A stretch of DNA of 64,000 nt from Promethearchaeota archaeon. GTDB taxonomy: Archaea > Asgardarchaeota > Lokiarchaeia > Sigyniarchaeales > SOKP01. This document shows positions 42,119-53,292 of the stretch, piece by piece. A program made the position numbers and the translations under genes. The notes under the pieces are model-generated. The model saw only the letters and a program-made list of their open reading frames with translations, ran no database searches and was not told the origin of the DNA. Where the stretch lies: contig JAEOTA010000014.1 in the NCBI GenBank assembly GCA_016840085.1, forward strand, positions 31,025 through 95,024. The letters are read 5' to 3'. Each line of letters begins with the position of its first letter. Positions within the stretch are counted from its first letter, which is position 1.

Positions 42119-43147
42119 TTGATTCCTTCTATTGAGTGGACCAAGGATAATAAAGTCAAGATGATTGACCAGACTCTACTTCCTCATGAACTCAAATTCC
42201 TTGAATTCGATAATTTTAGAGATGTAGCAACTTCTATTAAAGTGATGAATATTCGAGGAGCTCCAGCTATAGGGGTTGCAGCCGCGATGGGAATGGCATT
42301 AGCGACAATTGAATACAAGGATCTTCCAAAAGAAAGATTCATAGAAAAGATGGAAGATGCAGCTAATACAATTAGAAACACAAGACCAACAGCGTCAAAT
42401 CTTTTTTGGGCAGTTAACAGAATATGGAAAATAATTGAAACATATCCAGACAATCCTCATGGGCTTTCAGATTTAGTGATTGAGGAGTCACAGATTATGG
42501 CACAAGAAGACATAAATGTCAATAAGAACATTGGTAAAAACGGAGCTACATTATTAGAAGATGGTGATACTGTTTTAACACATTGTAATGCTGGATCTCT
42601 GGCCACTGTACAATATGGCACCGCGTTAGCACCAGTTAGAGCAGCAATCGAAGAAGGTAAAAAAATATCTGTGATTGCAGATGAGACCCGTCCAAGACTT
42701 CAGGGAGCTAGATTAACAGCATATGAATGCCACTATGATAAAATACCTGTGAATGTTATATCTGATACATCGTCAGGATTAATTATGATGTTAGGTAAAG
42801 TAAACAAAGTTATAGTAGGTACCGATAGAGTCACTTCTGATGCGGTGTTTAACAAAATTGGTACATATTTAGTCGCTCTTGCCGCAAAAGATAATAATAT
42901 CCCGTTCTATGTAGCAGCACCTACATCTACATTATCTCTTGATGAAACAGTAGAGGATGTTACTATTGAACAAAGAGATAGTAGTGAAGTAAGCATGGTT
43001 TTAGGTAAAGTTCAAATTGTGCCTGATGGCGTCGAATGTTTGAACTATGCTTTCGATATAACACCTTTTAGATTAGTTTCAGGGATTATAACTGAAGATG
43101 GTGTTTTTACACCAGAAGAACTCTTGAAAAAATATAAAAACTCTTAA
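42119..43147 (+). CDS. mtnA: S-methyl-5-thioribose-1-phosphate isomerase
   Basis: IRGAPAIG, TRPTA, LTHCNAGSLAT, ETRPxLQG, NKIGT, FDITP. Confidence 0.9.
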   Translation: MIPSIEWTKDNKVKMIDQTLLPHELKFLEFDNFRDVATSIKVMNIRGAPAIGVAAAMGMALATIEYKDLPKERFIEKMEDAANTIRNTRPTASNLFWAVNRIWKIIETYPDNPHGLSDLVIEESQIMAQEDINVNKNIGKNGATLLEDGDTVLTHCNAGSLATVQYGTALAPVRAAIEEGKKISVIADETRPRLQGARLTAYECHYDKIPVNVISDTSSGLIMMLGKVNKVIVGTDRVTSDAVFNKIGTYLVALAAKDNNIPFYVAAPTSTLSLDETVEDVTIEQRDSSEVSMVLGKVQIVPDGVECLNYAFDITPFRLVSGIITEDGVFTPEELLKKYKNS

Positions 43148-43158
43148 TATTCTTTTTT

Positions 43159-44148
43159 TCATTTTGAAAAAATCTCTTCTAAAATTAATTTCAGCTGTTT
43201 AAGATTCTTAGTTTCACCTAATCTACGCCTTATTTTGGTTGAATTATTTATGTTTTTATATAACCAAATAGTATTTCTTTTTAGTTCTCTAAATTTGAAT
43301 ACTTCATTTCCATAAGAATATGAAATTCCAATTAAATATTCATCAAGAACCTCTTCATAAATTAATAAATGGCTTTTTATTCGATCTATATTATTTTTAA
43401 AGCGTGCAAATTTGCCCTGAGTAAAGTATTCATGCATTTGACTGAATAATTCAGGATTACCCATTGATTCCCTTCCTATCATTAAAGCATCTACATTAGT
43501 ATAATCAATAAAGTGTTTTGCAATAATTGGGTTTCTAATATCACCATTGCCAATTAAGGGAACAGTTAGATTTTCTTTTAATTGCTTAACAGTTTCTAAA
43601 TCCAAAGTCCCAACATTATAATTACTCTTTACAGGTCGAGCATGAATAATTAAAAAATCAATATTAAAATTATTAACTATTTTTGCCATCTTTCCAATAT
43701 TCATTGGTGTATCGAATCCCGTTCGAATTTTAAGTGAGACAGGTTTAGAAGAATATTTAACAGCCATCTTTACTATTTTTCCCAATGATTCCAAATCCTT
43801 CATTAAATAACCCCCTTCCTTAGCTTTAATTGCTCTTTTGGAAGGACACCCTGCATTAATATCTAACACATCAAAATCATAGCTCTCAAGATAATCTATA
43901 GCCTTTTTTAAAGAATTAGGATCATTTCCTATCAACTGAATACTAATAGGTTTCTCTTCTTCAATCTTATATAATTCATGCTTTATAGATTTAGGATTTT
44001 TTACAATTCGTTTGGTATACAGCAAAGGAACACTGACCAATCCCACTTTATAAAATTTTCTTATAAACCGCCTATAAGGAGCAGTGGTTACATTTTGCAT
44101 TGGTGCTAAAATATACCTATTCTCTAAATTAAGGGTTCCTAATTTCAT
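43159..44148 (-). CDS. dus: tRNA-dihydrouridine synthase
   Basis: LAPM, QLxG, NAGCP, SLKIRTG, HAR, GNGDI, MIGR. Confidence 0.88.
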   Translation of the reverse strand: MKLGTLNLENRYILAPMQNVTTAPYRRFIRKFYKVGLVSVPLLYTKRIVKNPKSIKHELYKIEEEKPISIQLIGNDPNSLKKAIDYLESYDFDVLDINAGCPSKRAIKAKEGGYLMKDLESLGKIVKMAVKYSSKPVSLKIRTGFDTPMNIGKMAKIVNNFNIDFLIIHARPVKSNYNVGTLDLETVKQLKENLTVPLIGNGDIRNPIIAKHFIDYTNVDALMIGRESMGNPELFSQMHEYFTQGKFARFKNNIDRIKSHLLIYEEVLDEYLIGISYSYGNEVFKFRELKRNTIWLYKNINNSTKIRRRLGETKNLKQLKLILEEIFSK

Positions 44149-44256
44149 TATTTTCTCTATTATAAATTATTTAGTACTTATTAACTAAAATCATGAAATT
44201 TTTTATAAAAAGAAATTTACTATAATTAAATAACTCTACTGGATATAACTTTTAAA

Positions 44257-44754
44257 ATGTCAAATTTCCTCAAAGAATTCACATTTGAAAAACCACCTGA
44301 AAATATAACATATTTTGATAAAGAACCTTTAAAATTAACTAATGAGTTTGTTTTTTTTCATAACAAAAATAAATTTCGAAAAGATATTACTCGTCTTCAA
44401 TATTTGTTCAAATCTTATACGAGAGCTCCTTTAAGTGCTGCCGGAATAAGAGATTCTTATTTAAAACAGGAAATTTCAGAAAAATACTTGATTGTACTAT
44501 TTACAACATCAGATATAGTTAAAAAAACTGATGATATTATAAAAAACTATTCTGATTTAGAACTTGGTTCTGGTTATTTTCATATTGAAGCAACATCAAA
44601 TTATTTGCTGCTTCTAACAAAAGATATGGATGGTTTAAGATCTGGTATTAACATGATGGAAGAAATATTAAAAGAGATTTTAGAGGATTACTTTAACCAG
44701 CAGAAATTTGATGAATATATCAAAATTCGCCCCTTTAAATTAAAAAACTGCTAA
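44257..44754 (+). CDS. Hypothetical protein resembling GH20 N-terminal (domain 2) module
   Basis: GYFHIE..LLLxxxDxDGLxxGIxxxxEIL..I pattern; no catalytic barrel. Confidence 0.45.
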   Translation: MSNFLKEFTFEKPPENITYFDKEPLKLTNEFVFFHNKNKFRKDITRLQYLFKSYTRAPLSAAGIRDSYLKQEISEKYLIVLFTTSDIVKKTDDIIKNYSDLELGSGYFHIEATSNYLLLLTKDMDGLRSGINMMEEILKEILEDYFNQQKFDEYIKIRPFKLKNC

Positions 44755-44772
44755 AGGGATAATAAAAAAAAA

Positions 44773-46494
44773 TTAACTTATATATTTCCATCGTGTTTGT
44801 TTTTTAAGTAAATAAGCTTTTTTAGCATATTCCCTTATCATTCTATGAGTATTAAAATATGCGGCAAGAGAAATCGCATTTTTCTGTCTAAAGATCCACT
44901 CATCATGGTTCATATAAGTTGGAATAATTTGATTTTCTAACACCTCATAAAACGCATTCGCATCAATATCCCAACTATTTGAGACCCCCGGATCATCTGG
45001 ATTTGAGTCATCAGGACCAATAACCCAGCCTGCTAGAGGATTTCTTTTATACCCTTCTAACCACCAACCATCTTGAACACTGAAATTTGGAACACCATTT
45101 AACGCCGCTTTCATTCCACTTGTGCCACTTGCTTCACGATATCTATCAGGAGTATTAAGCCAGACATCTACTCCTGATACGAGCATATGAGAGAGATCCA
45201 TATTATAATTTTCCATCATTACTACTTTTACACCGTAATTATTATATAAATATTCACCTGCTTCATGGATCTCTTTAATATAATCCTTTCCCATTTGATC
45301 TTTGGGATGAGCTTTTCCAGCAAATATAAATTGTACAGCATTTTTACAGATTTTACCTAGCCTATCAATCTCATGGAAAATTAATACTGCTCTTTTATAG
45401 GTTGCAAATCTACGGGCAAACCCAAAGGTTATTAATTCCTCATCTAATAAGTTCCATGAGTGACCTTTCTGGTAACTTATCAAATTGAACTTATTTTCAA
45501 TGTGTGCATCGAAGATATCGAGATCATCAAGCTCAATTGCATTCTCAAGTAATTGAGGATTTGATCTCCAATTTGGCCATTTTCTACTAAAAATTTTACG
45601 AAAAGGTTTAGAGCACCAAAATGGCAAATGAACTCCATTAGTAATATGATCTATTTCATATTGAGGGAACATTTTCCTAGATATATCACCATGTTTTTTC
45701 GCAACCCCATTTCTATATCTCGAGAGTGCCATGCCTAAGTAGGTCATATTGAATTCTCCATTGTCATCAGCCAGTTTTTTTATCTTTGAAGGCATTCTTT
45801 TTTTGAAGACTTTATCTACTAACTCTTGTTTAAAGCGATCATGCCCCGCTGGAACAGGAGTATGAGTTGTAAAAACCATTTTTTCTTTTACTTTCTCTAT
45901 ATCACCATTTAACATGTTATATAGTTCAACCATCGCAAAAGAACCATGTCCTTCATTGAGATGATACGTTTGAATATTATTGTATCCTAAAGATTTTAAA
46001 AGCTTAACACCACCAATCCCTAATATCATTTCTTGAACGATTCTATTCCATTTTGATGTAGAATCATATAGAGAACCTGTCATTTGCTTCATCCAATCTT
46101 CATTTCCCTCAACATCTGTTGTTAATAAGTAAATTGGTAAAAGGTGACCAGATTGACCTATAACATTATACTGCCATGCCGAAACTTTCACATCCTTATC
46201 CTCTATTTTCACAGTAATTGGTTCTGGTACTCTTTCGAATTCGTAAAAAAAATTCCATTCAATTTCTCGTTCCTTTTGATCCCCAAACTCATTAAAAAAC
46301 TGGTAAAAATAACCAGAACTGTAGCATAAACATATCCCCACTACAGGAAGTTCGAGGTCTGCAGCTGATCTTACGGTGTCTCCAGATAATACACCTAAAC
46401 CTCCTGAATACGTAGGAATATTACTATCAACTCCTATCTCCATCGAGATATAAGCTACTGTCGTATCATTTTTAAAACTTTCATTGATTTCCAT
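44773..46494 (-). CDS. glgP: Alpha-glucan (maltodextrin/glycogen) phosphorylase
   Basis: YSGGLGVL, HLNEGH, FTTHTPV, ARRFATYKR, EASGTSGMKA. Confidence 0.95.
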   Translation of the reverse strand: MEINESFKNDTTVAYISMEIGVDSNIPTYSGGLGVLSGDTVRSAADLELPVVGICLCYSSGYFYQFFNEFGDQKEREIEWNFFYEFERVPEPITVKIEDKDVKVSAWQYNVIGQSGHLLPIYLLTTDVEGNEDWMKQMTGSLYDSTSKWNRIVQEMILGIGGVKLLKSLGYNNIQTYHLNEGHGSFAMVELYNMLNGDIEKVKEKMVFTTHTPVPAGHDRFKQELVDKVFKKRMPSKIKKLADDNGEFNMTYLGMALSRYRNGVAKKHGDISRKMFPQYEIDHITNGVHLPFWCSKPFRKIFSRKWPNWRSNPQLLENAIELDDLDIFDAHIENKFNLISYQKGHSWNLLDEELITFGFARRFATYKRAVLIFHEIDRLGKICKNAVQFIFAGKAHPKDQMGKDYIKEIHEAGEYLYNNYGVKVVMMENYNMDLSHMLVSGVDVWLNTPDRYREASGTSGMKAALNGVPNFSVQDGWWLEGYKRNPLAGWVIGPDDSNPDDPGVSNSWDIDANAFYEVLENQIIPTYMNHDEWIFRQKNAISLAAYFNTHRMIREYAKKAYLLKKQTRWKYIS

Positions 46495-46810
46495 TTAATT
46501 TCACTATTTTATAGTATTTAATTTGAATATATCTTTACATTTTTGAATTTTATATATTACTTTTAAAATCTATAGTTTAAAATCTTATCGTAATGAAAAT
46601 TGAATTTAAAGTGATTTTTTTTTTCTTTACAGGTAATTTATTTAATATCTAGAGAATTTATAGATAAAAATTAATGGAAAAAAAAACAGAAAAGAAAACT
46701 AAAGGGTAAATAAATCTAGATTTTACCTCTTTTTTTTATTTAGAATATTCAATATTGAATATCTCATTTTTTGATTAAAAGAAAAAAAGAATAATGGAAA
46801 AAATTATAAT

Positions 46811-47458
46811 TTAGATTTTTAAAGGTTCGCCACCTTTTTCTAAAATTGCCACCTTAATGCTTGGTTCCTTTTTTTCAAGGAGTTCTTTGAATTTATTTAA
46901 ATCTTTTCCCCAGTTATGCATAGGTATTGCAATCTCAGGTTTTACATCCACGACGGAATCAGTAGCTTCATCAAAATCCATGGTATATGTTCCTCCACAC
47001 GGCATCATTGCGACTGTAATGTTTTTGCTTGCTAATTCTTTCATTTCTGGAATTCTTTCCGTATCACCTGCATGATAAACACTTTTATCTCCAGATCTGA
47101 CAATAATCCCTGCCCATTCATTACTTTTAGGATGATTTGGTTTTTTTATATTATATGCTGGGATTAATTCAATTGAAAGATCCTTATAATCAAAAGTTTC
47201 GCCAAATTTTAAGGGTTTCCCGTTGAATTGACTTAAATCGCTAGAGATACTCGCGGGACCTATTACCACCGTATCATCTTTAAAAATTTTTTTTATACTG
47301 CCTGCATCAAAATGATCTCCATGGGAATGTGTTGAAACAACAATATCGGCTTTTTCTTCTCCCTTCTTAATCTGGTATGGGTCCAAATAAATTACTCTTC
47401 CACTATCTGTTTTAATCTTGAAAGCGGCGTGCCCTAACCAAAAAATTTCCATAGTCAT
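46811..47458 (-). CDS. MBL-fold metallohydrolase
   Basis: WLGHA, THSHGDH, YHAGDT, IPMH. Confidence 0.88.
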   Translation of the reverse strand: MTMEIFWLGHAAFKIKTDSGRVIYLDPYQIKKGEEKADIVVSTHSHGDHFDAGSIKKIFKDDTVVIGPASISSDLSQFNGKPLKFGETFDYKDLSIELIPAYNIKKPNHPKSNEWAGIIVRSGDKSVYHAGDTERIPEMKELASKNITVAMMPCGGTYTMDFDEATDSVVDVKPEIAIPMHNWGKDLNKFKELLEKKEPSIKVAILEKGGEPLKI

Positions 47459-47673
47459 TTTTTTTATTTCACCATCTAATATTATTTCTATAAAAGATTT
47501 TTATTGTATCACTATGATTTAATATAAGACCTAATATAACTTTATCACTTTCATAATACTTTTGATGCATCTTAAATAGAGATTTTATTCGCTTTTATAA
47601 GGTTTAATTATTGATGAATCTCAATATTATTTCTAGTCTCTATTTTATTGATTTTAAAATAATATGAAAAAAA

Positions 47674-48872
47674 TTATTTTTTTCTAAATGAAAATCTTTT
47701 AAGTTTCTCCCACGAAATTTTTCCCGTTTTTAAAAGTATTCCCAAAATCGCACCTATTATAGCTACTCCTCCAATTACAGACACAACAACGATAATTGCA
47801 ATGACTCCCGGCTCTAAGCCACTTGGAACGCTCTTGATTAGGGTAACACTTTCTGATACTTCATTTCCCGCAATATCTCTGGCATAGAACGTAATAGTAA
47901 CCTCTCCGTTGGCTAATGCTGCCCACGGTGCTTGGTCAATAGCTCCTGTTGCATTAACCGTAAAATTGGTAACCCCGCCATCAAGGGAATACCAAATCAT
48001 GACTAAGTTGAGGTCAGTCACAGTGAGAGTAAAAGAAGGTGCTTTTTTACCGAATTTTTCTCCTTCAGCAGGTGAATTGAGTTATTAGAAGAATCTCGTA
48101 AATACATGCCACGACGGCAAGCTAATACCGTGTTATTAAAAATCTTATTGTTATCATTGTCAATATCTAATAAACGTATTCCGGCATCAATAGTAGAATC
48201 ATAATGCACATTGGCGTTTTCTACATGGTTATAAGCTATAGTAGAATTTTTACAACCATGAAACAAGTAAATTCCTTGATATTGTATTGAGGTAACCGTG
48301 TTATTAATAATGTAAATATTATTCCCCCCATATGTTAAGATTCCGTGGCGTCCAATGGAAGTAACCACATTTCTTTCAATAGTAATATTATAACAATTAT
48401 AACCCTGTAGTTGAATTCCACATGCTATCCAGTTGGTATTTGTGATTGTATTATTAAAGATGACTCCTCGTGAGCAATTTATCAAATTTATTCCTGCTCC
48501 ATATGAAGATATTGCTACTAAATCAACAATAGTACAATTTTGGATTCTAAAATTTACATCATGTGAATTTCCAATGTAGATTCCACTTCCTGTGGGGGTA
48601 CTACTCGCGTTAATAGTAAGATCTTCTATAATATAAACTCCATTATCATCATAACACCAAGGTTGACTAACTGCCCACGTCCAATTACCAGAATATGTAG
48701 TGTTAGTAGTTGTTAATGCATCAATTTGTATGCCCCCATCATAAACAGATGAATTCTTCAGGTTATTAAAAGTAGTCTGATCAACGCTAAAATTAAAAGT
48801 GTTATTAATTAATAACGGAAACATACAACCTATAACCAATAGGATCGCTAATTCTTTTACTTTAAATTTCAT
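47674..48872 (-). pseudogene. Secreted NosD/right-handed beta-helix + Ig-like cell-surface protein, out-of-frame junction near 48080
   Basis: Signal peptide and PbH1 repeats; second frame reads NSPAEGEKFGKKAPSFTLTVTDLNL..WYSLDG then TM + basic tail. Confidence 0.7.
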
Positions 48873-49180
48873 ATTCTTATACCAAAATTTAGTTAAGGTA
48901 TGTATTAGTAGGATAGATTTATAATAATATAGATCTTTTTTTTCTCTACATTTTTGGAAATTAAAATAGTATAAAAATTAAGTGACTTAACGAGATTTTG
49001 AAAAGGTGAGAAGGAAAGAGATAAAGATCCATCGATTAGAATTTTTAATCTTCTTCCTCAAAATTCCATTCTGGATTTTCAAGAGGTGCTTTCTTAGAAA
49101 AAAAACAAAATTTTTTAATAGCTACTATTGTATTTTATAAATAGCTTATGTTATAAGAGAAAGAAAATAATTAATTTTAA

Positions 49181-49633
49181 ATGAAAAAATTAAAAGTCTT
49201 TTTGGATATTTCTGTTTATAGCGCCATGTTAGATGATAGAAACCCAATTCGCCAAAGACAGACGCAAGATTTTTTGAAAAATATTGATGATTATGAAGTT
49301 TTTTATTCACAGATAAATATTGAAGAAATTGAAGCAATTATCGATATAGATATAAAAAACAAATTAATATTATTTTTAAAAAAAGGAAATAGAATTGAAA
49401 TCACCAAAGAAGTAAAAGAATTAACTAAGGTTTATATCAAAGAGGGTCTTATTCCAGAAAAGTATGAAAGTGATGCAATACTACTTGCTTTGACTACAAT
49501 TCATTCTCTCGATATTTTAATAAGTTGGAATTTCAAACATCTAGTAAAAAGAAAAACACGGATAGGTGTTAATTTAATTAATTTAAAAGAGGGTTATAAA
49601 ACTATAGAAATACTTGCACCACCAGAATTATAG
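49181..49633 (+). CDS. PIN-domain (VapC-like) nuclease
   Basis: VFLDxSV, SxxxxEEI, DAxxLA, LISWNFKHL. Confidence 0.85.
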   Translation: MKKLKVFLDISVYSAMLDDRNPIRQRQTQDFLKNIDDYEVFYSQINIEEIEAIIDIDIKNKLILFLKKGNRIEITKEVKELTKVYIKEGLIPEKYESDAILLALTTIHSLDILISWNFKHLVKRKTRIGVNLINLKEGYKTIEILAPPEL

Positions 49634-49834
49634 AGGTGAATTATTATTTTATATGATATCGAATATTTGTTTAAAGATTTGGATTTGACAAATGAGGAAA
49701 AAGAAAATTTGATAAAAGAATTAAGAGAAGAATTTCCTCAAGATGAAATGCTTTTTGAGATACATCTTTATCGATTAGTTCAGTATTTAAAAAAACAAAG
49801 AAGTAAGAAATAAATCAATAGAAATACTTGCACC
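49604..49834 (+). repeat. 17-bp direct repeat ATAGAAATACTTGCACC
   Basis: Exact copies at 49604-49620 (3' end of PIN gene) and 49818-49834. Confidence 0.9.
49646..49813 (+). CDS. Small helical protein, candidate antitoxin (probable ATT start)
   Basis: SD GAGGTGA 49633-49639; frame LYDIEYLFKDLDLTNEEKENLIKELREEFPQDEMLFEIHLYRLVQYLKKQRSKK*. Confidence 0.6.
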   Translation: MLYDIEYLFKDLDLTNEEKENLIKELREEFPQDEMLFEIHLYRLVQYLKKQRSKK

Positions 49835-49929
49835 CTTAAAATGAACTTGATACGGAAGTAAAACTTAATACTGAAAGTAGAAGATTAATACAAAATGAGT
49901 AAAGAAAAATCAGATCTTAAAAAGTGAAA

Positions 49930-50289
49930 TTAATCCTCTTTCTCAAATTTCCATTCGGAGCTTTCGAGCTGAATTTTCTTAGAAATCCCAAATGTATCAT
50001 CTTTTGAAATAGCTATTTCTTTTGTTCGTTCTAAGAATAATCTATTTTGAAACTCAGGAATTTGATTTATTAAAGGTGGTTTCTGAAGAGTAGTACTAAA
50101 GCCATTTAATTTTTTGGGAATAATATCTTTCGAGATTTCTTTCTTTAATTTCGCGTTTTTTTTGAAGAAAGGATTTTCAATGCGCGAAAAGGCTAGTCTC
50201 TTTATACTGAGTAAGCCTTTAGGAGCAGTAGATCTTAAAATTCGGCAGGTAGGGCAATTAATTTCATCTAAACCATGAATACACGTCAT
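49930..50289 (-). CDS. Hypothetical protein with N-terminal CxH-x6-CxxC zinc motif
   Basis: MTCIHGLDEINCPTC. Confidence 0.6.
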   Translation of the reverse strand: MTCIHGLDEINCPTCRILRSTAPKGLLSIKRLAFSRIENPFFKKNAKLKKEISKDIIPKKLNGFSTTLQKPPLINQIPEFQNRLFLERTKEIAISKDDTFGISKKIQLESSEWKFEKED

Positions 50290-50425
50290 TTTTTCTATAA
50301 CAGTTATTTTTTCAAATTCTAAGTATTTCGAATTATTTGTATCATTTAATTCTTTTTATTATAATTTTTCATATACTTTAAAAAAACAGACTTCTCTAGA
50401 GAATTTAATATAGATATAATTAAAT

Positions 50426-51205
50426 ATGATTATGATGCTAAAAGGCGTTTTTTTTGATCTTTACGGAACATTATTAATACCTAAAAACAGTAAGAAAGCA
50501 TGGAAAAACTGGTTTGTCACATTTTATAAACTTATGAGAATCTATGGATTAAAATCATCAAAAAAAAAATTTTCAATGGAGTGTAATGGCTTTTTTTCGA
50601 GAACAGAACCCAAAGAAAATGATGTGGGATTAACGATTTATGAAAATAAGATAAGAGATTTTGCCATTGATTTAAACTTAAAACTTGAAAAATCTGAAGT
50701 TAAAAAAATTGCAAATGATTCTGTGAATGCTTGGCATAAATGTATAATAATTGATCCAGAAACGCTCCCATTATTAGAAATGTTAGAAAATAAGAAATCG
50801 ATAGCCTTAATTACTAATTTTGACCATCCCCCGTATATTTACTCAATATTATCTAAATATCAACTTACTAAATATTTCGAATTTATTGCCATTTCGGGAG
50901 AAATAGGGTTTAAGAAACCTGATCCACAGATTTTCCATATTACTCTTAAAAAGATTGGATTAAAGCCGAATGAAGTAGTATTTATAGGGGATAGTAAGGA
51001 AGATATTGAAGGCGCTAACAATGCTAATATTAGACCAATTTTAATTCGACGTCAAAGTTCCAAAAGAATGTTAACCGGTAATGATTATTTTTCAAAGAAA
51101 ATAGCTAAAAGACGTAATTCGCAAAATCTGGGGATTAAACCGTGGAAGATCATTTCAAACTTAAGGGATTTATATAAATTACTTAATTTATTTATAATTT
51201 TGTAA
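50426..51205 (+). CDS. HAD-family hydrolase
   Basis: FDLYGTL, ITN, KP, IGDSxEDIxGA. Confidence 0.88.
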   Translation: MIMMLKGVFFDLYGTLLIPKNSKKAWKNWFVTFYKLMRIYGLKSSKKKFSMECNGFFSRTEPKENDVGLTIYENKIRDFAIDLNLKLEKSEVKKIANDSVNAWHKCIIIDPETLPLLEMLENKKSIALITNFDHPPYIYSILSKYQLTKYFEFIAISGEIGFKKPDPQIFHITLKKIGLKPNEVVFIGDSKEDIEGANNANIRPILIRRQSSKRMLTGNDYFSKKIAKRRNSQNLGIKPWKIISNLRDLYKLLNLFIIL

Positions 51206-51359
51206 AAAATTTAGCCCTAAATCTCTAGAAAACAACTAAAAAATTGAATTTTTGTAAAATTTTTAAATCTAAAGCAATTTATTTTAATATTCAAAATTAT
51301 TAATAAAAATTTGAAATCTCTTTAAAAAACAACTTTAAAACCGAAAAAGTGAAAAAAAA

Positions 51360-53126
51360 ATGGCTGAATGGCAAGTAAATGAAGAAAAAGCTTGGTTTAA
51401 AAAATGGTGGCCAGAAAAAACTCCTAAAAATTATGATTTTGAAAAAATTTCTCTAGGAGAATTTTTTGAGAGACAACGAAAGAAATATGCTAATGAACAT
51501 ATGATGTGGTTCATAGAATCATGGATGACATATGATGAAGCTGGAAGAGCTATAGATTCATTAGCGACAGCACTCCATAAATTAGGAATTAAAAAAGGAG
51601 ATGTAGTTGCATTTTTAATGCCAAACTGTTTTCAGTATGTAATTAGTTTTTATGCGTCTGTAAAGTTAGGAGCAATTGCAACTGGTATAAATCCAACTTA
51701 TAAACCTTTAGAAGTGCTACATCACTTAAAATTGACTAATGCAAAAGTGCTGATTACTTTAGATGCCTTATACGGAGAATTAGCTCGCCCAATTATTAAC
51801 AAAACAAATGTTGAAATGGTTATTTATACTAATATTGCTGATCTAGCATCCGGATTGCCAGGTTGGAAAAAAGGGCTAGGAAAAATAGTTGGAAAAATTC
51901 CAAAAGGAAAAGTTGATTTTCCAGGAGCAATAAAATTCTTAGACCTACTGGATACTGAACCTGATCTTCCAAAAGTAGACTTTGATCCTTCTGAACATAC
52001 AGCAACATATTTAATGACTGGTGGTACCACCGGAGTTCCTAAAGCAACTGTTTTAACCCATTTCAATTTAGTAACAAATGCAATTCAATGTGTTTTATGG
52101 GTAGGCGGAGAAGATCCCGGCGTTGGAGATATTGGAGCAATCCCTTTGTTTCACTCATTTGCAATGACCGCTGTTATGAATGTTGGAATAGCTCTGGGAG
52201 GATGGATGATGCTCTTTCCGAGACCTCCTCCAACAGAGGAGTTTTTAAAAGAAATTACTCATATTCCTGCTCCAAAGGGTCTTTTTTATGCGGGTGCTGA
52301 AATTTTATTTAAAAGAATAGCAGATTTTCCACATCTGGAAAAGTTTCCCGGACTAATGGGCCGATTAAGACTCTGTATTTCAGGCGCTGGACCCTTACAT
52401 GCTCCTGTACAGCAATCATTTCAACAGAATACTGAAGGAAGAATTGTAGAAGGATATGGTCTTTCAGAAGCAAGTCCTGTTGTAAGTGGGGGGAATTTAT
52501 TTGGTGAAAGTCCTGTTGGCGTAATTGGGATGCCATTTCCAGGTACTGATTGGGCAATTTTTGATGCAGATGACTTTGAGAAAGGACCAATAGCTGATGG
52601 ACTACCAGGTTCTAAATATGGAGAGGAACATACAGGGGAATTATGCGTTTGTGGTCCTCAGGTCATGCAAGCATATTTTAATCAACCTGAAGAGACAGCA
52701 GAAACACTTAAAACATGGGATGGTAGAACATGGCTTTTAACCGGTGATATTGGCTTTATGAATGAAGATGGAACAGTAGCTCTTAGAGACAGAAAGAAAC
52801 AGTTAATTAAAGTAGCAGGGCATTCAGTATTTCCTGCCGAAGTCGAAACTATGCTTATGAACAATGAGGCAGTATCTGAAGCTGCAGTAGCAGGTTTACC
52901 GGATCCCGCCGGAAAAGTCGGAGAAATAACGAAAGCATGGGTTGCTCTAAAACCAGAATATAAGGGCAAAATTACTGAAGAAAAATTGATTGCATGGACA
53001 GAAAAGAATATGACAAAGTGGAAATGTCCAGCTATTATCGAATTCGTGGAGGAGATTCCCAAAAGTGCTATGGGAAAGGTTCAGAGACGTGTTTTACAAG
53101 AAGCAGATCCATTATTTAAGAAGTAA
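51360..53126 (+). CDS. Long-chain acyl-CoA ligase (AMP-binding)
   Basis: TGGTTGVPK, EGYGLSE, TGDIG, DRKKQLIK, PKSAMGK. Confidence 0.92.
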   Translation: MAEWQVNEEKAWFKKWWPEKTPKNYDFEKISLGEFFERQRKKYANEHMMWFIESWMTYDEAGRAIDSLATALHKLGIKKGDVVAFLMPNCFQYVISFYASVKLGAIATGINPTYKPLEVLHHLKLTNAKVLITLDALYGELARPIINKTNVEMVIYTNIADLASGLPGWKKGLGKIVGKIPKGKVDFPGAIKFLDLLDTEPDLPKVDFDPSEHTATYLMTGGTTGVPKATVLTHFNLVTNAIQCVLWVGGEDPGVGDIGAIPLFHSFAMTAVMNVGIALGGWMMLFPRPPPTEEFLKEITHIPAPKGLFYAGAEILFKRIADFPHLEKFPGLMGRLRLCISGAGPLHAPVQQSFQQNTEGRIVEGYGLSEASPVVSGGNLFGESPVGVIGMPFPGTDWAIFDADDFEKGPIADGLPGSKYGEEHTGELCVCGPQVMQAYFNQPEETAETLKTWDGRTWLLTGDIGFMNEDGTVALRDRKKQLIKVAGHSVFPAEVETMLMNNEAVSEAAVAGLPDPAGKVGEITKAWVALKPEYKGKITEEKLIAWTEKNMTKWKCPAIIEFVEEIPKSAMGKVQRRVLQEADPLFKK

Positions 53127-53292
53127 AATTCGAATTTTCTATTTTTTCTTTTTTTATTCTTAAATTTACATTTAAATTAGCTAGAAAACTTAGCTTTATA
53201 AATCAAAACTAATAGAAGTGTGTTTAATAAAGTAATTATTCTAATGTATTTTTAATAAGATAAAGTTATATAATTTAATCTTAGACTAATCA

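Noticed and set aside
48918-48951. TGTAGA..TTATAAA on the minus strand upstream of the NosD-like gene as a fourth motif copy
   Set aside because: Only the first 6 nt match and the GGTCC core is absent
49181-49843. Insertion sequence or integrated element
   Set aside because: No transposase, integrase or terminal inverted repeats visible
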